Positions 19,428-28,491 of a stretch of DNA of 64,000 bases are shown here, piece by piece. The stretch lies in the IMG/VR virus record IMGVR_UViG_3300020477_000001, positions 32,001-96,000 of that record. One strand, written 5' to 3'. Made by a program: the position numbers and the translations under genes. The stretch comes from a virus. The notes under the pieces were generated by a model. That model was given only the letters and a program-made list of their open reading frames with translations, had not been told where the DNA came from and did not search any database. Numbering within the stretch: position 1 is the first letter of the stretch; each line of letters opens with the position of its first letter.

Positions 19428-20650
19428 ACAATTTTTTTGAGAATTTTAAAATATTTTAAGTCTTTCCAGAAAAGCTTGGACATTTCGCTGTCTTCATGCA
19501 GGTCTACTGCCTCAAAAACAAGACTATCATCTAGCGTACTTGTTCCGTCCTGCGTGGCTAATGCGTACTCTGAGGGGTATACCTTCCCATTGGAAAGTAT
19601 TTTTTTACATGATTGGTAGTAAGTTATTCCATTTAATTCCTCTTCGGGGTTTGATTTCTTAAAGTCTTCAATAGATTGGAACTCTTCTTTTTTAATTAAA
19701 TTTAAATCCATGTATTCTAATTTTATTTTACTTAGTTTGTCTTCGGGTAGATCAGACATTAGCTGGAATTTGAATCCGAGTCTTCTTAGCATTCTTACGA
19801 AATCACTGTTGTTGTTCTCTTCTATTATGTAAATTATATTTACTTTATCTTTGTAGGGTGATAGTTGCTGCGCGTCGAATGGGGTTTTGGTTACTATACT
19901 GATTTGCTTGCTATTTATTCTGGATATAGCGTCCATGAAGATTTGAGGGTTGGGTTTACCCATGTCTAGTCTCATCTTGGTTTGAACTTCGTTATCAATT
20001 AAGCTCAAGTCATACTTAAAGATTGGTGAATCAGATAAGAAGTGTACGTTTTGCGAAGGGTAAAGCTCTCCGATGAATATAGTATCAAATTTTCTTTTTG
20101 ATTTAATTTCAAGTGAAGTAAAAATAGCATCAACTATTTTCTCTGGGCTTATGGAATTTATTGTCTGTGGGTTTTCGCCATCAAAATAAGATGGCTTGCC
20201 TTCTATTTGCGGGCTTATTATTTTACAGTTTTCTTTTGCCCAATAAGGTTTAGATACTGATTCATGCACCGTGGAAATTAAGCATATCTGTTTTTTGTCG
20301 TAAGAAGAAGCTATGTCTGAGTTTATATTGTCAACTCCTACGTGAAGTAGACTATTCCTAATTAAGTATGCAACTTGGTTTTCCGTAGGATTGCTCGCTG
20401 GGTGACAGCCTCGGTAAGGGGATTCGCAATTTAATTGAATAACAGATATGTTTCTCGACTCAAGAACGGGCACTATTTCAGCCATTATCTCTTTCCAGTA
20501 CTTGTATTTTCTTGAGTTAGGTACGCGAGAAACGTCTAGCGTTATGTAGCTTTGATCTTTCCCTAGTGATAGTGGGAAAAAGTCTTCGTATATGAAGGGG
20601 TCTGATATTTTGACTCCTGCATTAAGCGCGTATGATTCTAGGTAGTGCAT
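19424..20650 (-). CDS. Protein with GT9 (heptosyltransferase-like) C-terminal domain plus unknown domain
   Basis: MHYLESY linker motif, RKYKYW, YLIRNSLLHVGVDN..DIAS resembles GT9 VGNDSG..HLA. Confidence 0.55.
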   Translation of the reverse strand: MHYLESYALNAGVKISDPFIYEDFFPLSLGKDQSYITLDVSRVPNSRKYKYWKEIMAEIVPVLESRNISVIQLNCESPYRGCHPASNPTENQVAYLIRNSLLHVGVDNINSDIASSYDKKQICLISTVHESVSKPYWAKENCKIISPQIEGKPSYFDGENPQTINSISPEKIVDAIFTSLEIKSKRKFDTIFIGELYPSQNVHFLSDSPIFKYDLSLIDNEVQTKMRLDMGKPNPQIFMDAISRINSKQISIVTKTPFDAQQLSPYKDKVNIIYIIEENNNSDFVRMLRRLGFKFQLMSDLPEDKLSKIKLEYMDLNLIKKEEFQSIEDFKKSNPEEELNGITYYQSCKKILSNGKVYPSEYALATQDGTSTLDDSLVFEAVDLHEDSEMSKLFWKDLKYFKILKKIV

Positions 20651-22557
20651 TTTATGTCGAAGGCAATTTTGTCTCTTCCGTTTCTTGAGAAATTTGAAAT
20701 CTTTTGAGTGTTTACATGGGGTAAAAATACTATATCGAAGAATCCTTTGTGTTCTCCTCTGCCTTCAAGTAGGAGTACGTCTTCCATTTGTGGGGAGTAG
20801 GGTATTGTCCTGTGTACGTTCTCGTTTCCTTTGAGGATATGAGCGTGCTTCATATTTGTTGCTACGTATAGGTTGTGTTCTGGGTATGTATTTTTAATTG
20901 ATTTAAAAAGTCCAGTAGAAAGATACAAGTCTCTTTCTGTTTCTGGGATTACGTATAAGATTCTGTTTTCCCTTCCTTCGTCATCGAGTAATTCTTCTAG
21001 GTCTTTTTTGTTTTTCTCTGAATTTTCTTTTCTCGCTACGTTCCTAAAGTATTCTTCGATACTTTGCTTGCTAGCGCCTTTTTTGATTTCTTGCATCCAG
21101 TAAAGGTAACCTTCGTCTTCTTGATTTACGTCTCGATTGAGTATCTCTTTGTATAGGGACTTTATCCATTCTCCGTTATCTGAGATTTCCGGTATTTCTG
21201 CGTCTGGGTTTTTGGCTTTTTCTTCTAGCTTAAAATTAAAATCAGAAAATGGAGCCTTATCTATAAACTCTTCTATAATTTTACCTACAGATTTGGGTGA
21301 AAAGTTTTTAAGTGTCCAGTCTCTCGCCTTCTTACCCATGTCGGCTCTAGCTTTAGGTTTAATGGATATTACTTTTCGGAGTTGCTTGGCAATTGAGTTG
21401 GGGTTTGTTGAGGCTTTTTTGAATTCTGTGCCGTGTTCTCTGTACTCAAACCACTCAAGGGGTAATGAGTTGGCTTCCGGTTTACACATCTCCTCTCCAC
21501 AACTATAATTAGTTACAAGGGTGATAAGTTCTGTAAGCTTTGCTTCTTGTATTGGTATTTCTTGACCACCAGAAGTAAAGGGGTGGCAATATACGTCCAT
21601 CAAGTTATACACTTGGTTTAATTGGCGTTCGCCAATGCCGTGACCTACGCTTGTTGTTACTATTGATTTAGGGTCTCCACAAGCTCTGCATGGTCCCTCC
21701 TCTCCCTTGTAGTCTTGGACCGTAAAGCTGCCACAAGACTTGCATAGGTACGTAGTTAGGATGTCTTGAGGCTCAATTCCGTATTCTTTGGATAGCTTTG
21801 GTATTGACCACCCTTCGGTGAAGGAAGTATGTAGTAACAGCTTGGCAGGTACTTGGGGATTTTTATTTTTAAAAATTTTAAAACCTTCAAGTAGATTAGG
21901 TACTGACTTTCTGAGTTGATTCCTAAACACAAAGCCAATAATAAAGTCATTGGGGTTGATGCCAAAGGAGTGTCTTAGGTGCAGTCTTTCGTTTTCGTCG
22001 AGCTTAAAGAAGTATTCATCATCAACTGCGCCATGAACGGTTTTAGCGTTGCTGTAGCCCATTTTATTGAGTTCTTTAGTGGCGAAATCGCTCCAAATCC
22101 AATAGTTGTCTACTTTTTCAGCAGCTTGAACCGCTGTCGGCAGTATAGGTAGCGAATCCAAGGTAGTCCAAATTGCAGATGTAATTTTGTTAAACCACTT
22201 TTTATTTATTGCAAAATCTACTCCCCAAATATCTTGAACCGCTATATAAACGTCTGGCTTTTCCTGTTCTATGATTTTATCTATAGAGTGAGCGCCATAT
22301 GACGCTGACCTTGCTAAATGGGGGTCTCTTTGGATATGTTCTAACTCAGAAGGATTGTTTGGAAGCGTACCTATGCTTTTCCAAGGGGTTCTCTGAAGGT
22401 CTTCTACGCCGTCTACCATTCCGCAGCAAAAGTGAGTTATCTCGTATTTGCCAGTTTTGTATAAATAAGTCAAAAGGGCTCTGGCATTTCTGCCAAAGCC
22501 TGTCTTTGCCAGAGCAAAATCGCTCTGAAAGAGAAGTTTCTTTTTTTTCATTACCAC
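20638..22557 (-). CDS. GT4 glycosyltransferase fused to DUF4214-like and GT9 N-terminal-like domains
   Basis: TGFGR, FRNQLRK, DVYCHPFTSGGQEIPIQEA (GT-B); CKSC/CRAC insert; LYKEILNR..EGYLYW; RILYVIP...SIKNTYPEH. Confidence 0.7.
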   Translation of the reverse strand: MVMKKKKLLFQSDFALAKTGFGRNARALLTYLYKTGKYEITHFCCGMVDGVEDLQRTPWKSIGTLPNNPSELEHIQRDPHLARSASYGAHSIDKIIEQEKPDVYIAVQDIWGVDFAINKKWFNKITSAIWTTLDSLPILPTAVQAAEKVDNYWIWSDFATKELNKMGYSNAKTVHGAVDDEYFFKLDENERLHLRHSFGINPNDFIIGFVFRNQLRKSVPNLLEGFKIFKNKNPQVPAKLLLHTSFTEGWSIPKLSKEYGIEPQDILTTYLCKSCGSFTVQDYKGEEGPCRACGDPKSIVTTSVGHGIGERQLNQVYNLMDVYCHPFTSGGQEIPIQEAKLTELITLVTNYSCGEEMCKPEANSLPLEWFEYREHGTEFKKASTNPNSIAKQLRKVISIKPKARADMGKKARDWTLKNFSPKSVGKIIEEFIDKAPFSDFNFKLEEKAKNPDAEIPEISDNGEWIKSLYKEILNRDVNQEDEGYLYWMQEIKKGASKQSIEEYFRNVARKENSEKNKKDLEELLDDEGRENRILYVIPETERDLYLSTGLFKSIKNTYPEHNLYVATNMKHAHILKGNENVHRTIPYSPQMEDVLLLEGRGEHKGFFDIVFLPHVNTQKISNFSRNGRDKIAFDIKCTT

Positions 22558-23132
22558 TCTAAGTCTTCGTCATCGTCTGGAACGGTTACTTTTTGCGGTT
22601 CATTGTTGGTTTCTTTTTTGAACTGCTTGTTTTGTGGCTTATAGTCCATCTCCTTGAAGTCAAAAGTTTTTCTAAGAGATTCTTGTAGGTAAAGTTCTAG
22701 GAGTTTCGACTCTGACCAGTCAAGCCCAATGACTACTGTATTTTTATTAGTTGAATCATCCTTGGGTTGCCAAGTGATTCTGTAGGAAAAACCAAGTTGG
22801 TCTCCTACTTTAACCCACTCGTCGCCTTCTTTTCTCTTTTTCCAGTAGCCCTCGAAGCTGATTTGGACAACCTGCTTAGATGATTGATGGTACGCTGAGA
22901 AAGAACTGTTTCTCTGAATGGCGTTAATGATCCCTGCCGCCTCATTGGCGGAAAATTTCACCATGACCTTGCCGTTGGGGTTATCTTTATTCTGTGAGAA
23001 CGAGCCTTTTTTTGCTTTATCGTCCCAAGAGTGCTGTTTGATTTGGGACGACATAATAGACCCCTTGGCGTCTACCCAAAAAGAGCAAGCGGAGCCTTTG
23101 CTGCTTGGATTTGGCTTATAGAATTGTAACAT
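22551..23132 (-). CDS. Whirly-like single-stranded DNA-binding protein with acidic tail
   Basis: Motif order matches plant Whirly (FYK..KGSA, VKFSANEAAGII, AYH, IGLDWSESKLL); ends DDDEDLEW. Confidence 0.55.
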   Translation of the reverse strand: MLQFYKPNPSSKGSACSFWVDAKGSIMSSQIKQHSWDDKAKKGSFSQNKDNPNGKVMVKFSANEAAGIINAIQRNSSFSAYHQSSKQVVQISFEGYWKKRKEGDEWVKVGDQLGFSYRITWQPKDDSTNKNTVVIGLDWSESKLLELYLQESLRKTFDFKEMDYKPQNKQFKKETNNEPQKVTVPDDDEDLEW

Positions 23133-23138
23133 GGTTAG

Positions 23139-23167
23139 AGATTAGGTTGTTTTTTAATTTTAGTCAA
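23139..23167 (-). promoter_or_regulatory. Sigma70-type promoter TTGACT-17-TAATCT, near-leaderless
   Basis: Near-duplicate of the 19399-19427 promoter, including CTAACCATG. Confidence 0.65.
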
Positions 23168-25775
23168 GATTTTTTTTGTCATTTTTAAGTTCACTGAGCT
23201 TGGTGTAAACCTTGTTATCTTGTACGGAGATTAAGTCGGCAAAAACTACATCATCTTTAGTGATTCCTTTTACTATAACTATCTCTCCTTCCTTGGGGTG
23301 TCCTCCGTTGAGTTCTTTGCTTTGGTCCATTTTATCGTTGAAAATCATTACTTTGATAGCATTAGTTTCGTCTGAGATCATGGTTCTGTAGTACCTGCTC
23401 TTCTTCGCACTCCTAGAAACTCCAGTGTAAGGTTTTTCGGCTACTCTGCCGATGAAGCATACTCTCTGATTTTCGGGTAGCTCTACCACAGTTGATAGCG
23501 GCGTTAGTCTGAGACTACCGTTGACGTATTGGTCTCGTTTTTGGGAAAATATGTCTATTAGTCTGGTGTTGTATGTATAGCCAAGTAGGTTGTTTTCATA
23601 GAACCAATTAGCAAAGGATTCTGATTTTTTATTTTTTAAATAAATTTGTTTATATCCTTCGCACTTTTTCTGTATAGTGTTTACTCTTGATTCCTTGATG
23701 AAATTTTTACCTTTTTCATCAACTTCTTGAGAGAGGTGCTTAACGATGGCTACTAGGTCATAGTCGAATTTTTCTCCTATAGGTAGGCAGAGGCGTTTTT
23801 CTCTAGGCGTTAATATACTCCAGAGTTGGGCTTCGTAAACTACTTTTGTCCTTGATTGTGAAAAACCTTCTAGCACTCCCGCTTGTATTAGTGGGCAGAT
23901 TATACTTAAACCAAGGCCAGCTTCTTCTGCTGCTTCAAGAATTTCTAGTTTGTTTGAGTATTCGCTTTTAAAATTATTTAATTTTTCAATGGATTTATCT
24001 GAGATACCTTTAATTGAGAGCAGCCCGAATCTGATATCCTTGCCTTGAATTGAGAAATCCATCTCGGATTTGATCATGTGTGGGGGTAGTAGCTTAACCC
24101 CAAAGTGGTGTAGCTCTTTTTGGATTTTTGAGATTTCTGATATCGGGTCTGGCTCGTGCCTAGTCATTTGAAGCAAGCTCAATGCGAACTCTTTTGGGTA
24201 TTTGTATTTCAAGTAGACAGTTGCCGCTGCAAGGGCAGCGTATGCAATGGAGTGAGATTTATTGAAGGAGTAGTTTGCTGAGTCCTCAAGAACCTTCCAT
24301 AGCACATCGCCAATTTCTGGGTCTAGCTTATTACTTTTGATTTTTTCGGATATTTTCTTTTTCCAAGTTTTAACTTCGGATACTTTCTTTTTACCGACGA
24401 TTCGCCTCAATATCTCGGCTTCATCAAGTGTAAAGCCGATCTTATGCGCCATTTTCATCATCTGCTCTTGGTATAGGCATACGCCACCAGTAGAAGATAA
24501 GATGTCGTCGAAGAATGGGTGGACGCTTTGCGAGTCTCCTGTTTCAGCGTATTTAGCATATTGATCAACGTAAGATAGTGCACCGGGTCTTGCTAGCGCG
24601 AGAACTGCGCTGAGTTCATCTAGGTTTTTCGGCTTCACCTTTCTGCAAACCTTAAAGTTCGTATCTGCCTCAATTTGAAACAGTCCGTGTGGCTGTTTTA
24701 GGTCTTGTAGTTGCTGGTAAATAAAGTCATCATTGAAGTCAATGTCATCAACTGTTATACCTATGGTTTTGCAAGCTCTATCAACCACAGAAACGCTCCT
24801 CAGCCCCAATATGTCAAGTTTTACACTTAGGTCTGAAACCCAGTTCATATCGTAAGAGCTAACCGTACTTTCTTTGTCTGAGGCCAACTCAGTTGGGCAC
24901 GACTTATTCATCAAGTCGTATGATATCGATACTGCTGATGGGTGTACGCCTTTGTTTTTAACTAGGTTTCTTAATTTTAAGGCTACATTAAATGAGGTTT
25001 TGTTTTCGTCGCACCACTCTTTAAATTCTTCTGATTCGTCGTAACTTTCTTGGAGGTCTTTCACTGAGCCGAAGACTTTTGGAATCATTGCAGAGACATT
25101 ATTCATCTCGTTTTCCTTTTTGCCTCCTACAATTTTTCCGCATTCTTTGATCAGCAGTTTAGTGGTGAGGGTGTTTAGGGTGAGGATTTTACTGGTTCTG
25201 CCTTTAAACTTATCTTCAAGATACTGAAGTACTTTTTGTCGATTATAGTAGCAGATATCTAGGTCCACGTCGCACATTAAGGAACCGTCAAGATATGTGA
25301 TTCCCTTGATTTCTTTTTTCTTTGCTCTGATTTTAGATACAAATCTCTCGAAGTATAGTTCATGTTTTACTGAATCAATTTTTGTAACACCTATCAAGAA
25401 CAGTACGATGCTGCCAGCCGCAGAGCCGCGCCCTAGCCCAGTGGGAATGTCGTTTTTCTTGCAGTAATTAATTACGTCCCATACCAATAGTATATAATCG
25501 GTAAAACCCAATTCTTCTAAAGTTTCTAATTCATATTTTATTCTATCTACATACTTTTGGTATTCTTCGCTGCCTTTTTTAAGCTTTAGTTTTTTAAAAC
25601 CATCCAGACACAGTGCTCTTAAGAAATCAAAGTTGCTAATGTCTTCGCTGACTTTGATTTTATGTTTTTCGGTTTTTTCTATAGTGAACCTTGGTAGCCT
25701 TACTCCGTGTAAGCCCAAGTCGTAGTTTCCGAAAGATGAGCAAAATTGCTCTGCTGTTAGATTTGTACTTGCCAT
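23160..25775 (-). CDS. dnaE: DNA polymerase III alpha (family C) lacking the N-terminal PHP domain
   Basis: GRGSAAGS, FERF, DVDLD, KLDILGL, LYQEQ, YSFNKSH, C-terminal OB fold. Confidence 0.95.
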   Translation of the reverse strand: MASTNLTAEQFCSSFGNYDLGLHGVRLPRFTIEKTEKHKIKVSEDISNFDFLRALCLDGFKKLKLKKGSEEYQKYVDRIKYELETLEELGFTDYILLVWDVINYCKKNDIPTGLGRGSAAGSIVLFLIGVTKIDSVKHELYFERFVSKIRAKKKEIKGITYLDGSLMCDVDLDICYYNRQKVLQYLEDKFKGRTSKILTLNTLTTKLLIKECGKIVGGKKENEMNNVSAMIPKVFGSVKDLQESYDESEEFKEWCDENKTSFNVALKLRNLVKNKGVHPSAVSISYDLMNKSCPTELASDKESTVSSYDMNWVSDLSVKLDILGLRSVSVVDRACKTIGITVDDIDFNDDFIYQQLQDLKQPHGLFQIEADTNFKVCRKVKPKNLDELSAVLALARPGALSYVDQYAKYAETGDSQSVHPFFDDILSSTGGVCLYQEQMMKMAHKIGFTLDEAEILRRIVGKKKVSEVKTWKKKISEKIKSNKLDPEIGDVLWKVLEDSANYSFNKSHSIAYAALAAATVYLKYKYPKEFALSLLQMTRHEPDPISEISKIQKELHHFGVKLLPPHMIKSEMDFSIQGKDIRFGLLSIKGISDKSIEKLNNFKSEYSNKLEILEAAEEAGLGLSIICPLIQAGVLEGFSQSRTKVVYEAQLWSILTPREKRLCLPIGEKFDYDLVAIVKHLSQEVDEKGKNFIKESRVNTIQKKCEGYKQIYLKNKKSESFANWFYENNLLGYTYNTRLIDIFSQKRDQYVNGSLRLTPLSTVVELPENQRVCFIGRVAEKPYTGVSRSAKKSRYYRTMISDETNAIKVMIFNDKMDQSKELNGGHPKEGEIVIVKGITKDDVVFADLISVQDNKVYTKLSELKNDKKNLD

Positions 25776-26395
25776 TTCAATTTATTCCAAACTTTTAGAT
25801 TGAGTTTAAGGTCAACGATAGCATTATGTAGGTTATCGTAATCGTGATCTATGTTGAATTCCTTACCTAACCAAGTGAGGTTGCTTTTAATTTTCTTAAA
25901 TCTAGTGTGATAGATTTTATATTGGTAAGCGGTGAAATCCATTTCTCCGTCGTAAGGCACTTCGCCTTTGATACCTCTGGCTATACAGTTCGTGTCTATC
26001 ATTTTGGAGACAAGGTGCTTATAGTCCTTGCCCATGTATTTGTAAAAGTCTCTAATTAGGTAAAGGTCAAACCCAAGAATGTTGTGACCAACTACGTAGT
26101 CTGCGTTATCTAGCCAATCCATGACCGTGGGTAAAATGCCTTCTGGAGCAACGCCTTTTTTTTCCATGTCTTTTGGGTTGTACTTAGTAATTCTTGCTGC
26201 ATCTTCGCTGATTTCTAGATCAGTTTCCCATTTAACATAAAAATCTTTTTCATCTACAGATTTGTCTCCTTTAACCTTGAGCATCGAAATCTGCCAAGGC
26301 AGATTGTGACACGAGTGTAGGCAAAGATTAAATGTTTCGCAGTCAATGAAGACTAGCTCTTTGCTCTTGTTAAATCTTAGCAGGTGTTCGTCCAT
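25757..26395 (-). CDS. DEDDh 3'-5' exonuclease (DnaQ/epsilon-like)
   Basis: ExoI FIDCET, ExoII GHNILGFD, ExoIII LHNAIVD. Confidence 0.9.
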   Translation of the reverse strand: MDEHLLRFNKSKELVFIDCETFNLCLHSCHNLPWQISMLKVKGDKSVDEKDFYVKWETDLEISEDAARITKYNPKDMEKKGVAPEGILPTVMDWLDNADYVVGHNILGFDLYLIRDFYKYMGKDYKHLVSKMIDTNCIARGIKGEVPYDGEMDFTAYQYKIYHTRFKKIKSNLTWLGKEFNIDHDYDNLHNAIVDLKLNLKVWNKLKWQVQI

Positions 26396-26799
26396 TATCT
26401 TTTAATTCGGTGACTGTCGCTATCCTTGTGGTGTGTGCTTATTTCTATAAACTCTACATCTCCATCGTAGGCTATTAATTGATGAGGTAAGCCTCTGGGT
26501 ATCTCTAGCGTTTCGCCTTCATAAATTATTCTTTTTACTTCTGTTCCTTCCATCGTGTCAATAGTATTTACCTGTAGCGAGCCTTTGGTTATGTAAAACG
26601 TTTCATGCTTCTCCATGTGGAAGTGCATCGATGAATTGTAGCCTTGATTAATTTGGAGTATCTTGCCGCAGTAATTTTCTTCTGGATTGTTCGCCATCCA
26701 GATTTCTCTACCCCAGTCCTTCTCTACAACTTTAGGTTGTCCGACTTTCCTTTCTTTCTGTTGCCCTTCTCTCCAGATTTCACCGCCAGTCTTTTTCAT
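26395..26799 (-). CDS. Cupin (sugar-phosphate/lyxose isomerase-like)
   Basis: SMHFHMEKHETF and PRGLPHQL cupin motifs; EKDWGRE. Confidence 0.75.
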   Translation of the reverse strand: MKKTGGEIWREGQQKERKVGQPKVVEKDWGREIWMANNPEENYCGKILQINQGYNSSMHFHMEKHETFYITKGSLQVNTIDTMEGTEVKRIIYEGETLEIPRGLPHQLIAYDGDVEFIEISTHHKDSDSHRIKR

Positions 26800-27554
26800 T
26801 GATTTTCCTTCCAGCTTTCGAAAGAGAACTCGTCGCTACACATATGTTCTATTTCTGGTTTATCTAGTGTGCTTCTGTTGTTGATGCATCTAAATGTTAG
26901 GTAAGCCTTGAAATCTTCTCTGTTTTTGTAAAAAATGCTTTTAGATTTCATGACCTCGTTCGAGTTTTTCTCCGCGTATTCTAGAACTCTGTTTTTGAGC
27001 ATATCGTCAAAAGGTAGCCCGTTTGACTCAACCATTAACACTGGCTTGGTGAAGTCGAATTCTGGAACGCATGTAGAACATGCTAGCAAGTTTTTGTATA
27101 TGAAGGAATCATAAAATGGTATACAAAGCGATAAATCTTTGTCGTCCCATACTTCTGCGATGCTTTTATAGTCTGTTCTTGGTGTATAGTAGAATCCTTC
27201 GAGCGAGGCTTTTGTGCTTAACTTGATAAGCTTTGCGTATCCTTTTTTATTTTTAACAAAAATAATTGCTTTGTGGGTTTTTTGTAATTGAGATTCATTT
27301 TTTTCAGAAAGGTCTGAGCAGACTGACATCCTTAAGCCAAAGGCTAATTTAATTTTGGCCTCCTTACAGTTTCTGTATGCTTGTAGGTAGCCAGTCATCG
27401 CGTCATCTACGAGCGGTAAGGTCTTAATATCATTGTCGTGGCATATGTCTATAATAGAGTCTGGCCCATCCTTTACTGATGAACCTTGGGCTTCTAAGGT
27501 TAGAATGCTTCTTCCTAGCGAATAATGGGATTTAAATATGGGTAGGGCTCTCAT
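26796..27554 (-). CDS. Stand-alone DnaE-type PHP domain
   Basis: FKSHYSLGRS, LVDD..TG, KLIKLSTKASLEGFYYTPRTD match DnaE N-terminal PHP motifs. Confidence 0.85.
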   Translation of the reverse strand: MRALPIFKSHYSLGRSILTLEAQGSSVKDGPDSIIDICHDNDIKTLPLVDDAMTGYLQAYRNCKEAKIKLAFGLRMSVCSDLSEKNESQLQKTHKAIIFVKNKKGYAKLIKLSTKASLEGFYYTPRTDYKSIAEVWDDKDLSLCIPFYDSFIYKNLLACSTCVPEFDFTKPVLMVESNGLPFDDMLKNRVLEYAEKNSNEVMKSKSIFYKNREDFKAYLTFRCINNRSTLDKPEIEHMCSDEFSFESWKENQ

Positions 27555-27555
27555 T

Positions 27556-28491
27556 TTATCCTTGATAGTGCGCTGGACAGCCGTTGTATTTCATTTTAAC
27601 CATTTTGGTTTTAGCAGTCATTGACTCTATAAGCTCCTCTTTCTCAAAAGCGGTTTTAACTATGTCTCCTTTTTCGTTTTTGATTGCGTAGTATTCAAGT
27701 GGGTCTAAGTAAGGGCATCTCCATGTTTTACCAGCTTTGCAAAGCCATTGGGTCTTGGGGTTACCTGCCGCAAATTTTGATGTAGCCTTTTCTTCGGTAA
27801 AGTTATTAATTTGCTCGTATACAAAGGCCATGTAGTGTTTGAAGCCTTCCAATTGGTCTTGGGATGCTTCTACTTGTTGTACGGGCTGCTTAGGGAATCT
27901 TAGGAATTGGAACTCAGCTATGACGTTTTCAATGTCGGGCCAAATTTCTTTCGCAGCAATCGTGTATGCCATTGCTTGAAAGTTCGCTGTTAGCTCTTCT
28001 CCTCTGAATTTATATTTACTTGATTTATAATCTACAATTTTAACTAAGTTTTTGTTTTTATATACCGCAGACTTATCGATAAACCCTCTGCATTTGTATT
28101 TTGGGTCTTTGCTTTCGATAAGGAACTCTCTTTCAGCTTCTAGGTCTTCGCTGCCGTTCATCCAAAAGTCTGTATTGAGCCCGACTACGATCATGTCATT
28201 GCATAGGTCATAGTTTTCTTCATTCAACCTTCCAGCCTTTTTAAGGTGTTTAATTACTAGTCTTTTAACTGAAGGAACTCCGTCTAAGCCTTTGTCGATA
28301 AGTAGCTTTAAGTGTTTATCTCTTTGCTTTCCTAGAATTAGCTCGAAGACGAGGTGGCAGATTGTTCCACGCATTGCGCCATCGTTTTGCTTCTGAGGCA
28401 GCATTAGGTGGTAATTGCACCAGTAGCGCCAAGTGCAGTCTTCCAGAGTCTTCATTCTGGACGGAGAAAGTATTCTTTCTTTTTTACTCAT
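27556..28491 (-). CDS. PD-(D/E)XK exonuclease (RecB/AddB/Cas4-like)
   Basis: LSPS...C, RGTICH, RGFID, IVDYKS, QAMAY motifs. Confidence 0.85.
   Translation of the reverse strand: MSKKERILSPSRMKTLEDCTWRYWCNYHLMLPQKQNDGAMRGTICHLVFELILGKQRDKHLKLLIDKGLDGVPSVKRLVIKHLKKAGRLNEENYDLCNDMIVVGLNTDFWMNGSEDLEAEREFLIESKDPKYKCRGFIDKSAVYKNKNLVKIVDYKSSKYKFRGEELTANFQAMAYTIAAKEIWPDIENVIAEFQFLRFPKQPVQQVEASQDQLEGFKHYMAFVYEQINNFTEEKATSKFAAGNPKTQWLCKAGKTWRCPYLDPLEYYAIKNEKGDIVKTAFEKEELIESMTAKTKMVKMKYNGCPAHYQG

Noticed and set aside
27556-28491. CRISPR-Cas system suggested by a Cas4-like nuclease
   Set aside because: No repeat-spacer array or other cas genes seen; replication context fits a phage exonuclease
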